Shown here: in pieces, positions 13,036-26,752 of the stretch
How the letters are laid out: the number at the start of each line of letters is the position of its first letter
Position numbering within the stretch: the first letter of the stretch is position 1
Source: Phoronis australis
Lineage: Eukaryota > Animalia > Phoronida
Assembly (NCBI GenBank): GCA_002633005.1
Contig: NMRA01000008.1
Location: 1,193,974 to 1,257,973, forward strand
Direction: 5' to 3'
Length of the DNA stretch: 64,000 bases
Notes under the pieces: generated by a model
Database searches by the model: none
Seen by the model: the letters and a program-made list of their open reading frames with translations, nothing else
What the model was told of the DNA's origin: nothing
Program-made: the position numbers and the translations under genes

Positions 13036-13932
13036 GTGAGTATACATGTGATGGAGAAAAACATCCCCAATACCGTATTTAGCAACCAAAGAAGTGGTGC
13101 AAAATAGCACGCGAAGGGGCACTGCCAAGACTGGTAGGCCTACAAGTGGTACGCACTTACCCCATCTGCCGTCCATCGTTTTGTTGACGTCGTTGGAGGT
13201 GTAGATGTTTTATCCGTCGCTGTGCTGCTGATCAACGCGCCAATTTATAAACATTTATATAATATTGTAACCGTGTGATATTTTCTAAGACAAACATTTT
13301 ACAAGAGGTCTTAAACGATGGTCCAAGAGCAAAGAAGTTGACAGCTATGCTCCTTTTGCTTTGGTGGTTCTTGAGTTAGAGAACAACAAGTTTCATCCAC
13401 TGAATATCTATCGCTATGTATTGCCTGGCTCCCAAAATCTGGGACCCCCAAAAGAAACTATTGAATATAGCATACCCCAATTTTGAGCCATTCGGTCCAT
13501 TGAATAATTGTTTTCATTCTAATCCCCTCATATCAGTTTGGAAACTAAAAATACAATTATGTGATTCAACAAATCTACCTGCTCCAGTGTTCTCAACAGG
13601 ATTAAAATTAAGCCCTTTATAAATGACGGAACACTGGGTAATGATCAACGTGGTGACCAAGGTGTTCTTTTTTATAGTTAAAAGTTACATTGAGCAAGTG
13701 TTTATCTGTCAATCTTGAATTCTTAACCAAAACGCTGTCAAGTTTCAAAACATTCCTGCACTCGTCTAATTTCAAATTGTTGCCAAATGTGTTGGCAACT
13801 CAAGTCACAGGCTTAGATGCCACATTTTGAATTTGCAATTTTATCGTTTCTCAACCTCAAATAAGTCCGAAGTGTTTTCTTGAGTCACTGATGGTTTCCC
13901 TGCTCTACAATGAAAATAAAATTGAAATCAAA

Positions 13933-14087
13933 TAGTAAAACTAGTAAAACTAAAATGACGAGCGTCGGTACTAAAATATATTAAAATATAGCACACCCTT
14001 GACAAAGAGCGCATCGCTCGATACGTGGGGTTATTTTAACATATTTTAGTGCCGACACTTGTCATTTTAGTTTTACTAGTTTTACTA
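13933..14087. mobile_element. 155-bp hairpin MITE with TA ends
   Basis: 56-bp arms 13933-13988 and 14032-14087 are reverse complements with 4 mismatches. Confidence 0.75.
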
Positions 14088-14487
14088 GAAAATGAAATTC
14101 TGTCACAGTAAGGAGTATTCTGAGTAAAAAAATTCGTTCGATTTTCATTTTAGTCGAGTAAACGGGGCAAATTTAGCTTTATTTTTTGTCAATAATTTGT
14201 TCATTGTTATAATTTTCATGCAAATTGTTAGATTCAGAGTGCAGTTTGCTCGATATTGAACAATCTGAGGGTGGTTTACAGGTTGATAGTTTTTAAAAGC
14301 ATTGTAATGGCAAATGAAATGACAATCAGTCAACATTGGAGGCTAAAAAAATTGAGCATATGATCAGATTTGAGCGTCAGGCTCAAAAGGGCTAGTGTAC
14401 TTACTGCAGGAACATATGATTGCAGCAATGACTGTTCATACACTATTGAATGATTAATGATTGCACATGTTTATCATTTCAGATAAG

Positions 14488-16570
14488 ATGGCTGACTTCA
14501 ATCCACTGGACCTTTTGGCTGCTGCTGCGGAACTGAAGCGTCCAAATGTCGAGATCCAATCGGAAAATGAAAACGATAGTGAGACCGAGGTGGAAAACTC
14601 GGGAGTAGAAGACAAGAAAAATGTAGAATCTCTAGAAAGACTAAACAGTATTGGGGATGGTACTGTTGTGGGAAGTGTATCGTCGACAGTGTCGTCCAGC
14701 AGTATGTCTGTGTCAATTCCGATTGTAACCAGCGCACTTAGGACTGAGCATAGCAAGGCTGGAAATCCATCGTTAAGTAAAACAGTGCCCGCGAAACCTC
14801 CTGTTGTGGCCAATTCGCACCCTGAAAAAAGTGTGGCTAAGGTATTTCTAAATCCCACAACTGGTCAAAGATTTCATGTGCTGAATGTACAAAGCGGCAC
14901 CACAGACCCCAAGGTGATGCACAGTTTGGTTTCGTCGTCCTCGGCACACAACAGTGTGGGATCTGTAAGCATGCCGCTGTCATCACTTGTTAACACAAGC
15001 ACTAGTATCACTACTAATTCTTTACAAACTACATACGTTAAAACTTCTACTGGTTCTAAGGTTGTAACCCTTGTTAACCCCAAAACTGTGAAATCGCCGG
15101 CATTGTCAAAAGTTAGTGTGAATGGAGCTGAAAAGACGGGTTCTCAAAAGCCTCCTTACATGATGATTCGACTGCCCGCTGGCTTGTCGCCGGATGTAAA
15201 AGCAGCGACCCTTAAATCCTTAATTCCATCCGCTCTGCTAGCTAAAGGTTACAAAGTAACTACTATGGCAGTGAACTCCAACTCGTCGAGCACTGCCCAT
15301 GGACTGAAGGCGTCTATGCCAGTTACACCTGTGAGTGTCAGCTCGTTAAGTAATGTCGCCGAACCAAAATGTACAGTATCGTCTGCATCAACTACCGTCG
15401 GCTCACTAGGTGGGGCCACTGGACCAAAACTGTCAGTATTAACTGCACCTGTGAGTGCAGGCCCACTGACTTCTGTCAGTGCACAAAATGTGACTATACC
15501 AGCCACACGTTCGAGTGTAGACTCAGCAGGTGATGTCAATGGAGAGACTGTGTCTGAGTCATGTGCAGGAGCAGTGAGTATCAGCGAACAGAAAGTGACT
15601 GTACCATTTACACATTTGAGTGGTAGCACAATTAGTGATGTTAGTGGACTGGTGACGTCTGTGCCCACTCCACCAGTGAGCGTAGTGTCACGCAGTGATG
15701 TCACTGGACAGAAAGCATCCTTGTCAGTGAGTGCAGGCGCACAAAAAGATGCCACCGAACAGAAAGTATCTGTGCCAACTTCACGCGAGACTGTACAGCC
15801 TGGTGATACCAGCAGGGTGTCTCATGGTGTTCTCGCGTCACCAGGACTTAAACAACAAATGGTAGCTTCTGGGCCTAGAATTGTGACTAGCACTTCCAGT
15901 GCAGTTGAAAATATACTGAAATCAAATGATACCAAAGATGCTTCAAGTTCTACAGGTGATGTTGTTTCTCATAAAATGGATAGCACTCGTGTATCGGACA
16001 GTTGTGATTTGAACAGAAGAGGTTCATCAGAAACTCAGAGTGTGGCAAGTTTGTCGGTGTGTGAAAGGGAAAAGGTCCAACTTATAAATGGAATTACGGG
16101 AAAGTTAGACAGTAACCAGAACGCAATTGTATTGGCGAGTTCTAGAGGCGCACCTGTGTTGCCAACACAATTGTCTTTTAGCCAGTCTGTTGCTGGAAGT
16201 GCGGCTGCAGATGCACACATAATGAAAAAGGATTTACATTCGGCTGTTTCCGATGCTATCTTGGTGTCTAAGTTAGGTAGAGATTTTTTGGCAAAGGAGG
16301 CATTGAAAGATGTCGTTTCACAAAATCAGGTGTCCAGAAGTCTTACTGTCAGTGCTTTGAAGGAACCGGAGTGTGTTCCAAATGTGGTTGAACCAGCCAA
16401 AACACCATCTATAGTGAACCCAGCTGACATCCATGTCATGCCAACGCGTGGCCCAACCACGCCAACAGGTGGTGCTGATGTCCTGACTATGCCCAAACCA
16501 GCTCCTACCGGTGTTGGTTCAATCTGTGGTGTTACAGGTGGTGTCACAAGAGCTGAACCCAAAAGCAATG
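14488..16570 (+). CDS. Ski/Sno/Dach-like large nuclear protein, coding exon 1 (S/T/V-rich low-complexity N-terminus)
   Basis: Acceptor tttcag at 14482, ATG in AAGATGG context, 2 kb open frame, gtaagg donor at 16571 (phase 1). Confidence 0.85.
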
Positions 16571-17195
16571 GTAAGGGAAACGGTCTGTTTTGTGCTTCAT
16601 TTTAGAAAATTCTTGCCAATGCAGCGCTAGACGCTTAGCTTAATTCCAGATCACCAAACAAAGTCTAAGGTCACCAATACTGAAAATCTCATTTGCCAAA
16701 TGAAATCTGAGGTTGCAGAGCCGGAGTAGAATTTGTCAATTAAAAAATAAAAAGGGTCCTATGGTCGCACCATTTCCCATTCGCAAAATCTTTGTGTACC
16801 TCTCCAATTTCTCCCCATAAATGTACATTCATTTTCTAACTCAATTCCTCCCGCCTACGAACAAACATAGGAGGCAGACGATGACATACACTGGTGGTGC
16901 GTATTTCACCGATCTTGTGATAAAAATCGTGGTTAGAATTGGTTTCACTTCGTGCAGAGCCTAGAGGCGGGGATTTCCTGATTGATATAATTCGCTTAAC
17001 AAGGCATTACGTTGGATATTCCACTACACAGCACCGCCTTTTTCATCAAACTCCAATGCTCTTGTATAGCGTTATGTGCAAAATAGTTTACTACTTGATT
17101 GTATCATTATTGTTAGTAATTCGTCTAGTATTTCTAATATCAGTTGTATTACCATATAAGCATTTTTGTAAAATTTAAAAGATTCTTGTGCTTAG

Positions 17196-17261
17196 TTACA
17201 GAGACAAATTCTGCCAAGAGTTCACTGCAACAGAGAAGTCTCGCCTCACCAGGAGGGAAAG
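17196..17261 (+). CDS. Ski/Dach-like gene, coding exon 2 (VTETNSAKSSLQQRSLASPGGK)
   Basis: AG acceptor, AAG|gtatgt donor, 66 nt, phase 1-1, open frame. Confidence 0.6.
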
Positions 17262-17345
17262 GTATGTACCTGTTCAAAGTGGCAAGAATGACAATCTGAG
17301 GGTTTTAGCATTCAGTAAAATCTCATTTTTGTCTAAGCTCACTAG

Positions 17346-18207
17346 TTTTTAATACGCCTACATAATGTGGTTGCATATTTCTATCAGATCTGTCCAGTAT
17401 CCACCCTCCTTCTGACTTGCAACTGCCCGGTGTCTGCGGTTGTCTCTCTCAAATCCCTTGAAGGATCTTTGTCAAATTTGGCAAGTGACCTCCTATGAAT
17501 GGGAAGATGAATTTGAGACACATCTGACCGTCACTGTCCTTTTATTCGTCTTTTCGGAACTTCTTGATGGAGATTCGTGAAAATTGAGAATTGGGTAATG
17601 GAGACTATGATGCCTTCCTATTTTTGAATGAATTCTACATATTTTGTGCCACCTAGTGGCCATTTTTGCTATTTTGGCGTCTGTCTCTTTCCTCTAAATC
17701 ACTCAGAAAATGAAAGTTGTCGGACATTCTCCTACTGAGAAGAGCTGAGGATAATTTCCGGAGTGGTCCAACTCCAACCACTTTGGGGTCCTCCATTGAC
17801 AATTTCTATCTACTTGGTGGATCTCCATGTATAGTATACTTCTGTTGAGGAAAGCACAACTGAGTTGGATTTTGAGACAAATCTGACTGCTGTAGAGTCC
17901 TCTTGTACCAGTTTTTGTTTTCTTTGCGTTGCCTTCATAATTACCAAAGTCCTTGATGGATGCTTCTGAAATTTGTCCAATAAGTTATCACAACGACAAC
18001 ACCAGCTGCCTTGTTTCGTATGTATTTGATCTACATTGCTTCCCCTGGGAGACTTTTTATTTTGTGTTTTTGTTGCTTGCCTCACTATCCGCCAAACTGT
18101 TCGAAGAATCGTGACGAAAGTTGGCAGGTGTGTTCCTATTGAAGATAGCATAACCGACATTCTTTGCACCCCCTAGAGGCTATTTAACCAGTATTGCTCC
18201 CTTTAGC
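17346..18207 (+). mobile_element. Degenerate HINE-like element
   Basis: Shares monomer sequence (GTGCCACCTAGTGGCCATTTT from 17646) with 62690-63949; shares the end segment CCCCTAGAGGCTATTT with the 24151-25197 copy. Confidence 0.55.
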
Positions 18208-18214
18208 TGGACTG

Positions 18215-18600
18215 TTTAAAGTGGAACTATCTCTGTGATTGCTTGGTCAAATTAGTTAGAAACTCAACATACAGTGACGATGTGAATATGAAGTAGGTTG
18301 AAAATTACCAAATGTTTTTAAGAACAAGCTTTGTGTTGAAAATGATCTGCCTTAAATCACTCAACTGTGTCCAGTGAGTATTGTGACATGGTGTTGGGGA
18401 ATAACACTGCATGTGAGCCCCCAAGGTAAGTACATCATTGGTGCAATGGTCACCTATTTGAAGATTTTTTTGTTTTGACATTTATAGGTTAACAGTGAAT
18501 ACAACTGCACTTTGTTTAGTGTACATGATGTTCAAATAGCATTGTCATTTATTCCTGCCATGGTTAGGAACATACAAATACATCTATAAACTAACGACTG
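18215..18600. repeat. Dispersed repeat; inverted copy at ~47200-47580
   Basis: GACGATGTGAATATGAAGTAGGTTGAA and TGAATACAACTGCACTTTGTTT occur as reverse complements at ~47474-47500 and ~47289-47310. Confidence 0.6.
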
Positions 18601-18898
18601 TCCTTTATATCTGTGCTGTATGTTATGCACACAGTGGGCATATGTCAATGCTCTGCATTGCTCTTGTTCAAAATGTCTGATGGTGGCTATGATAAAGTAC
18701 GCGAAACTTGCAATCCAATGGTACGTGGCTATCAACATTTTATGAAAATTTTTCGAAAGAAATTTGCTTGTGTGCCAAATGGTCTTCGTCACGAAAGCTT
18801 GTGCGAATTGTAAACGAAGACTGGTCACTCTGTAAAGTGGAAAATCTTATCGATTTGGCTTTTTGATATGAGATGTTATTATTGATGGTTGTCAACAG

Positions 18899-19042
18899 GT
18901 ATGACCGCTGTAGTGACAGGGTTTGGTTTCCCATCGCGACTGGTCATCAAGACTGACCATGAGACTCGACCCGACCTCCATTCCACTCTGCTAAGTCCTG
19001 TGCCACTGTCAAACCTCAAGTACCGAGACGAGACGACTCCAG
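18899..19042 (+). CDS. Ski/Dach-like gene, coding exon 3 (GMTAVVTGFGFPSRLVIK...DETTP)
   Basis: caacag acceptor, CAG|gtatgt donor, 144 nt, phase 1-1. Confidence 0.7.
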
Positions 19043-19765
19043 GTATGTGCTCGGCCTTTTGCCGGTGGTAGGGTGTCATGCGGCTGACTGAAATAGGTGC
19101 ACTGGTCTGTCTGGTTGAAATATTCTTAAACTGTTGAGATTTTGTGTATGATAGTAAAAAGTCTAATATAGCATTCACATGCCATCCAATTAGAAGACTA
19201 ATTGGACACCTCATCTGCCGTTTGAAAAAATTTCATGTTAGAATTCTCGTCAGATAAGCCTCGTTATCATCTGACTCTAAATCAGTTTCTTAACACGAGA
19301 AGCCTCTTCTCCAACAATGTGTGGGACTCCCGTGCCCATCCCAAAATTGCCAAATTTACCTTTCTCTTATCAGTCTTATGCCTTACTACCAGGCAGTTTA
19401 ATAATACCGAATAATTTTTGTCGTCAGTCATTTTCCATGAAACTGACACCAGGGGATTTTTGTGGAGAATGTAATCAGTCAGACAATAGGAAACTGTCTC
19501 AGTTCCGCACAAAACTAATCTATTCATTTGGGAAAGACGGACTTCATTGCTCTAATGCATGAGATTTTAACGAATGTTTGTTTTATGAGGACATGTCTGT
19601 ACAAACCTTGTCAGTGATGAAGTCAGGGGGGGTTCTGCTAGGTTTAGTTTAGTTGAGAAATTTGACAGAGTAAACTCTCAAGCGTCTGCCATATTGTATG
19701 CTAAATTGAAGAGCGTTTATAGTAGCACCTTCCTACAGCATCTGACATCTTGATATTATTTTCAG

Positions 19766-21592
19766 ATTTCAAAAGTACTACAATCGTGAATCCTGTTTAC
19801 GACTATGCAAACTTAAAACCCGGTCCCAAGCTGCAGTCTGTCAGTAAATACGTGGACAGCTATGGCAGTTATGTTAAAGCCGGGCAACGTCTTCCGGACA
19901 TCAAAATCCCAGTGGGTGCCAAGATAGACCATCCCCTGAGAGACCACGATTACTGTTACCACGTTTTCTATGAGCTTGCCATCAACAGTCACTTGCCAGA
20001 GAAGGTGAAGAAGCCTCGCGAGCGTAAACGGAAATCCACTGAGAAAGCCGAGAGAGACACTGCCCAGGAACCTAAACCTGCAAAAAGAAAATACGTTCGG
20101 AAAAACAAGAGTGCCGTGCCTGGACAAGACATGTCTAAAAAGATTGAAGACCATGTAGGGACCGTCAAACAAGAGACTGCCTCAGACGAGGAAGCCTCTC
20201 TGGATTCTAGTGATGGCCCATTGCCAAAGCTGGAATTGTTAATGCACGGAGCTAAAATTAAGTCTGACAGGAGAACACCTGATCCTGAACCGAGGAAGAA
20301 GCGTAAGTACGTGCGAAGGAATGTGAAAACTGAGGAGGAAATATTCGAGACGGATAGTGAGCCTGTAAAGATATCTGGAAGTGACAATTTTCAGGATCAG
20401 TTCATATATTTTGCTACTAAACGCTTAAAAAGTCGAACTAGAGATCTCAGCAAAAAGGCCAAGCCTTCCCAGACAACTCCGTGGCCTTATGGAAATGATC
20501 CAGTGGGACCTTCTATTCCCCTGGGGCCTTATGCCTCAATTGGTGGCCTGCCATCACGAACACCACCTCACCCAAACCAAGCGATGTCATCATCGCCTTC
20601 TGCCAATCAGAATGGCTCTGAACGAATCGCCCAAGACGTTCATTCAATGCCTGATGATCTCGGGCAGTTGGCAGCATCCATGTTGGATTTTAATGGCGAG
20701 GGTCTGAGGTCAGGACAGGATGACAAGCAAAGCATTGAAGACCTTGTTATGAACATGACCACTGAACAGATTGAGGCAGTTGTCAATCTCATGAGCAAAG
20801 ACATCAATCGTAAGTTGATGGATAATAATGTAGACAGTGCCATCGATGGCAGTAAATTAAACTACTCTGGTGATGATGAGTTTGCAGAAGATGGCCCCGA
20901 CTCGGAAGTGAGTTATCCAGCTGAGTCTGACTCGCTCTACTCACCTGACCAGTGTAAAGTTCCTAAACTCGCACAACTTGCATTAAATGCACTACCAACC
21001 AGTGACCAGTCGGCCACCAACCCAAGTGTGCCCAGCCACTCTGATGGGCCTCCCGAAGACGTCCTGTCGCTGGTCTCCGAGTCTGTCACCACATCGTCTG
21101 GCAATTTTGCCATACCATCCACCGTTGAAGACTTTGACGACCTGGCGCAGATCAATATAACTCCCATGGAGTCGGCCAACACAGAGTTCCCCAGCATTAA
21201 TACTTCCTCTGCTGCAGATGGTCTCTTCGACTTGGACGATAACCTTCTGACCACAAGTGTTGCCAACATGAGTATGCTGTTCGACAGTGAGTTCACAACA
21301 TCTCCCCTTGGTAAGCCGCTTGTGTCCACGGCTGACTCCACAGTTTCCACTTCCAGTCTCCTGTCTCCGGAACGTTCGTCAATTCCTCAACCCGTTGCAT
21401 CCGCTCTGGATGGCCCTGGATTCTCGCCTGTTCGTACAGCCAGCTCCAGCAGGGTGAATCTGTTTCCTGAAACTAACAGTTACGAAGCCCTGTCTTGCCC
21501 AACGAGGGATTATTCCGATGTAGAGTCCAGCGCCCCAGAGCTCACTACAGTGTCTATGTACTGGAACACATTCCCGGCACTTGTAATAAAGG
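19766..21592 (+). CDS. Ski/Dach-like gene, coding exon 4 (basic KRKYVR motifs, acidic region, start of DHD domain)
   Basis: ttttcag acceptor, 1827-nt open frame, gtgagt donor at 21593, phase 1-1. Confidence 0.85.
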
Positions 21593-23278
21593 GTGAGTTA
21601 ATGGCAATTTGTGTTGGTGTAACGATGAATTGTGTAGTGATTTGTAATGAAATGCATGTTAAGTGCTTAGTGTGGCAATTTTGTACAAAGGCTGTTGACA
21701 AACTCTTCACTGGCTTCATTGCTGCTACAATGCTTGAAAATTGGCGTGTGTGGAAGCGTTGCTGACACTTAAAGATTCTTAGTATGATTTTTGTTGACAA
21801 ATTTGGGCAAAATAAAGTTCCATTTTTTTGTCATGTAGTGGGATTAAGTGAGGAATATTCACTCAGGCAAGGATCCAGGATCATGACTGAGGGGGCTTTC
21901 TGACATTGGAGAGACAATGCGCCGTGGGCACTTTTTGTTGCTCGTTTACAGCTGTGGATATACAATAGTGGCTGATCAGGTAGTTGACACCCCCAAGCCC
22001 TTCCTCTGGATCCTTGCCTGGTACCATATGATTTGGGAAAGTATAGCATTTAGACATACATTTATAGTCTATTGTTATTTAGGCCCTTATTGCCTTGTTG
22101 GTGTACTTATTTTAATTCGGCTAAAGTATGTATTTTCTTGAAGAATTTGATTTTTTATTGTATTCCAATCTGTTATTAAGTGGGTCACGTGACCATGTGT
22201 TTTTAGTAAAAATTAATAAAAAGGATACATCCACTACAAATATGGTGACAATAATTGACAATAACATGACAATAATTGACAATAACACGACTAAATTCTG
22301 TTCGATATAAATGTTGAAGATGAAATCTGAAAACTGCTGTTACAGTTTTCTGAATTATCATTTCGTTTTTGTTTTACGCAACTTTCAAGTTTTTCCACGA
22401 AAATCATAGGTCCTATTTTTGATAACCCTCGTGCAAAAGTGGAAAAGTTAAAAAAACAATGCCTAGATGCGATTTAGAGAACAATGCATAAAGCACATAG
22501 TATATGAAAGTTACATATGAATCCGTTCAGCCATATCTGAGTTCCCAAGTTTGTCCTACCTGCTCTTGACAGCATTTCTACAATAAAAGCTATATAATAA
22601 TACCAATAATGAAAACGTTTATTTACATGAGCAGTTAAGAGGTTTCGACACAGTTTTACTTTGTCGTCTAATTCTTATAAAAATTTTATGTTTTGTATTT
22701 TAGTGTTCACCTACTACAAATTTGAAAAAATGTAGAGGTCACGGAATTAGTTTTTCTGTTACAGCAGCCTAAACAAAGGCACCCCAGGCAAAAATGTGAA
22801 ATTTACTGGATGTTTTTTTTCTGAATTTATCCCGCTGTATTTCCCTAAATGTTCTGTTATTGGGATTGTAGTAAGGTTCGTTGAGGGGAACAATCTGAGA
22901 CGAGAAGTCTCATCTGTAATAAATTAAAAATTGCCATTTGAATTAAATCACTCCTAAATGTCTTGCACTTGGGTTTGCCTATTGCCATTGTAAAATTTGA
23001 TGTCGCATGCTATTATCAAATGCCAAAATAATAAAAACTCAAACCTCAATCAAAATTAACATTTATCAAACTAAGTGCTCCATTTTTTATGTCCGTGAAG
23101 TTTTTAAACTGCGCCTGGTTTACAAATTTATGGCAAACTGGGTCGAAACCCCTTAAAAAACAATTTGGTTCTACACAAACTTAAAAGTATTCGATTTTGC
23201 ACTTGTCAGAATGAATTACCATGAGGCCATATTTTACTTGTACTCAGTGTCTGTGATGTGAAATTGGTAATAACCATG

Positions 23279-23361
23279 TACAGTGGTCCCGCATCTTGAG
23301 AACCAGTTTCTCCAATGAATAACAGGCATCAAATTGCTTCTCAAAATCCGGGACATTTGTA
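23279..23361. mobile_element. Small TA-flanked MITE (Tc1/mariner-pogo-like termini)
   Basis: TACAGTGGTCCCGCATCTTGAGAA ... TTCTCAAAATCCGGGACATTTGTA imperfect inverted termini; related hairpin at 54372-54460. Confidence 0.45.
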
Positions 23362-23655
23362 TTGTGTTGTATTGTATTGTATTTATTTATTGTAGTGACG
23401 GGTATCATTAATTCAAACAGTTATAGATCTATGATAACATTCATGAGAAATATAATTACCCAGCCCAGTTGGGGTTATTATGCTTGTGTGTTTTTTTAAT
23501 GTCTATGCTCTGTTGAGTGGCAATGCTGCATCCCCTGTGTAGAAAACTCCCCAGATTTTAAGCCTATTAGGCAAGCACTACTCAATATAGGGTTCTTGTA
23601 GTTGTTGAAGTGTTCACTTGGTAAACAGTTCTGACTACTGTGATATTCTTGACAG

Positions 23656-23972
23656 GTACTCAGTGTATTCGCCTGGTCGACATCCACAAGCAAGCTCTGC
23701 CGGCCAAAGACACGGGCCTGTTGAAAAAACGATGTCAGACCATGGGATTGCCCATCATGAATTGCACGGAACTCCAAAGAGACTTCCTGATACGATACGC
23801 CTTTGCCAGCCCATCGCGCAGCACCATCATAGTGTCAAAAGACGTGGCCCAGACGCTCATATCATCTTACGTTAATCCTGTGTCTAAAGCAGCCTCTAAA
23901 AGAAAGGAATCGGCGAACACAGAAGAGGAGAAGTCGACTTCGGTGGAAAGTGAACCAAAAGATTCCGTGATG
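23656..23972 (+). CDS. Ski/Dach-like gene, coding exon 5 (bulk of the Ski/Sno/Dach DHD winged-helix domain)
   Basis: Spliced FPALVIKG/TQCIRLVDIHKQAL...KKRCQTMGLPIMNCTELQRDFL...STIIVSKDVAQTLISSY follows the DHD pattern (cf. Dach VASFTVEGCELICLPQ...CNVEQVRIL...CKLISRKDFETL). Phase 1-0; the donor could alternatively be 6 nt upstream. Confidence 0.85.
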
Positions 23973-24150
23973 GTAATGGAGCTAAACAAGTTACATTGAC
24001 TTTCATTGTGTTATGTGTACAGTTTTAATTTATTTTAGTGTGCTTATCACTTCTACAGCAGTTAGGAGTTAGCGTGTATTGTTATTTAAATGTCAGTTAT
24101 TTAGTACACTACATGTAAAAATCCAAATTTTCGTTTGAAAGCCAGGATGC

Positions 24151-25197
24151 TTTTTAAGTGCCCATATATATGTATTTGGGCTCATGTGGCCATCTATGTG
24201 TGTCCACTCATCCGTCTAGCGCCCCGCTGCTGTGTCTGCAGAACCCCTAAGATGGATGTTGATGAAAATTTTTTTTTTTCTGTTTTCCTCTATATCTTTG
24301 GAATTCCTTGACAAGTTTTCATGAAATTATATTAAGGAGGCGATGACACCTTCCCATTTTCAGATGTGTTCTTACTGGGAAGAGCATAGTTGATGATGAT
24401 TTTTGGACAGCTTTGACTTCTGTGGTGCCCCCTAGTGTCAATTTTGCCGATCTTTCTGCTAAACCACTGCAGGATCTTCAAAGTTCATTAACATATTTTC
24501 AGGATATGTGGCAAATAGGTTTCTGTTAAAGAGATGGTAACATCTTTCTGGTTTTGGTTGGATTTGACTTATTGTACACTATGTAGTGGCCAGTTTTATT
24601 GTTTTTTGCTTCACTATAGGAAAAACCACTCAAAGGATTGTTTTGAAAATTGGCGTGTTTCTTTCCGGAAGTGCATGACTGACAATTTTCAGGCAGGTCT
24701 GACTGCTGTAGTGTACTCTGGTGGCAATTTTGTTTTTTGCCTGTGGTTCAATATCTGCCAAGTTCCTCGTTGTATCTTCATCAAATTTGTATGTATTTCT
24801 CTTGAGAAGAATAGAATTAAAGTGGATTTTGGGTCAAATCTGACTACTGCAGAGTTGCTTAGTGAAATTTTTTGTTTTGGGTTGTGTTCGTCTTGTTATC
24901 TGTCAAGTTCCTTTAATAGTGGATGCTCACAAAATTTGGTTAAATAAGTTGCTGTCATGTAGATGACTGCACGAGTCCTGTTTCATACAAATTTAACGTG
25001 TATTGTGCTCCCTCGTGCTGTTTAATTGTCTTTGTGTAAGTTCTTTGTCACCCGCCGTCCTGTACTTCAATCTGCGGGAAGATTCATGATAAAAGGCGGT
25101 AGGTGTGTTTTTACTGAGGAGAGCACTGCTGACTTGCTTTGCAACCCCTAGAGGCTATTTTAAGTCTACTAACATTGCTTTCTTTAGCAGGAGTGCT
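24151..25197 (+). mobile_element. Degenerate HINE-like element with several ~150-bp monomers
   Basis: 5' tttttaagtgcccat...tgggc palindrome remnant, GTGCCCCCTAGTG at ~24425, monomer similarity to 62690-63949. Confidence 0.6.
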
Positions 25198-25432
25198 TAA
25201 AAATAATTATCATCCCCCTTGAATCTGTGCTGTATGCGATGCACAAGGTGGGTGCATGTCAACTTCGTGTGTTGCTTTTATTATAAGAACTGAGAAGAAG
25301 ATGTCTTGGAAAAGTTCAGTTTCTGCTCCCAAAATTTGCTGTTGATTGGCCAGAGCATTTATGACTTTAACCACTGGAACATTCTCCACCCGGAATTTGT
25401 TATCCTGGCAATACATATAATTTTGATTGCAG

Positions 25433-25536
25433 GTGTCTAGTGGGGGTTACATGACTCCTGACAGCGAAGATCTGGTGGCAACAGATACCAGAAGGGACCT
25501 GTTGAAGTCTATGGAGGGTACACAGGAGTCGGACAG
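25433..25536 (+). CDS. Ski/Dach-like gene, coding exon 6
   Basis: ttgcag acceptor, CAG|gtaagc donor, 104 nt, phase 0-2; VSSGGYMTPDSED...QESD. Confidence 0.75.
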
Positions 25537-26135
25537 GTAAGCCATTCCCGACACTTCTTCCGCAGTTAGGAGTGCTTCCATTCAGTTTTACATGTTGATA
25601 CGAGTAAAAAACTGGATGAGATTGAATTTAACTACTTAATTGGTAATAATGGTGGCTTTGACCTTTGAATACCATTGCGTAAACGCCAAATTGAAGCAAA
25701 CCAAAAAGAAAACGAAACTTAAAGACTAGCTACATGAATTGAGCAAATCTTTCTATAAGTAAAAACTAATGGCACTGGTGTAAACAAGAAGCTGACAATA
25801 GCTCCATAGGTTAGTCCATCCACACTAACGTAGAATATTTAACAAAAGGCAGCAGCACTCTAACCAAGCTCCTTATTTCAAAGTTGCGCCTCACAGAACT
25901 AAGTTGAATAACTTTGAATGACTAAATGGAATTTGAACTGAAAATAACAAATAACAACTTAATCACCTATTTATCTTATCCATCTGACACCACCAGAATA
26001 ATAGTTTCTGTTTTTGAAAAATAGGTTCATTGACGCTTCAAGCTAGTAATAATGCAAAATGGCGAGAGTGTTGATTCCTCTTCACTGCTGCAATTTTCAT
26101 GATTTCTTTCATGTTTTGAATTCATTTGTTTGTAG

Positions 26136-26326
26136 AAAACTTTCCAAACCTTTGAAACTCAAACTGAAAGTGGTCAAAACTTCGGACAGTGATGTTCTGT
26201 ATGTTCCTACTGGTCGAAAACAGCGGCAGTCTTCTTCCTGGGTAAAGCGCGATCATCTCAGGCGAAAGAAACAGGTGGATTACAAGAGGATGGTCACATC
26301 TGGACCGCATACCACCACTCAACAAG
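26136..26326 (+). CDS. Ski/Dach-like gene, coding exon 7 (KPLKLKLK; RRKKQVDY)
   Basis: tttgtag acceptor, phase 2-1 bridging exons 6 and 8, open frame. Confidence 0.75.
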
Positions 26327-26752
26327 GTACAGTCTTGGGAATGACAACAGTCTTGCTTTGATGTCTTTTCACACAATTTGTACAGTAACATTCGCCTTTG
26401 TCAGACCTGCATAAGTCTGAGACAAAGTGCTGTGCTGGAGTTGATTTTGTCATGCACCTCGTTGGTAAAGCCTTCTTTGAATGGATTTTTGTTATTTCAG
26501 CCTGGGCTACCCAGGTAGTCGTACCAATACTTTAGCTATACCAAAGTGCAATTAAATCATTGATACATAGACTTGTCAAATGATATGTGAAGTAGCCTTT
26601 TCACGTCATATTGAGACATCCCGAGAAAGCAGAGGAAAGTAGATAGGCCAAAAGTAATAGCTTTGTACTGGTCAGAATGTAGCACCATATAATGGTCCTT
26701 GTGGTGGTGTGATAGAGTTGAAGTTAATTCAAGAAAATAACTACGGTTTTAA

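Noticed and set aside
14454-21800. Many minus-strand ORFs overlapping the large exons (e.g. 15249-15755, 19989-20387, 20937-21350)
   Set aside because: Antisense shadows of real plus-strand coding exons; no motifs or splice structure of their own.
26056-26066. Intronic YY1-like AAAATGGCG motifs (also ~40103 and ~55939) as internal promoters
   Set aside because: Isolated short motifs without other promoter evidence.
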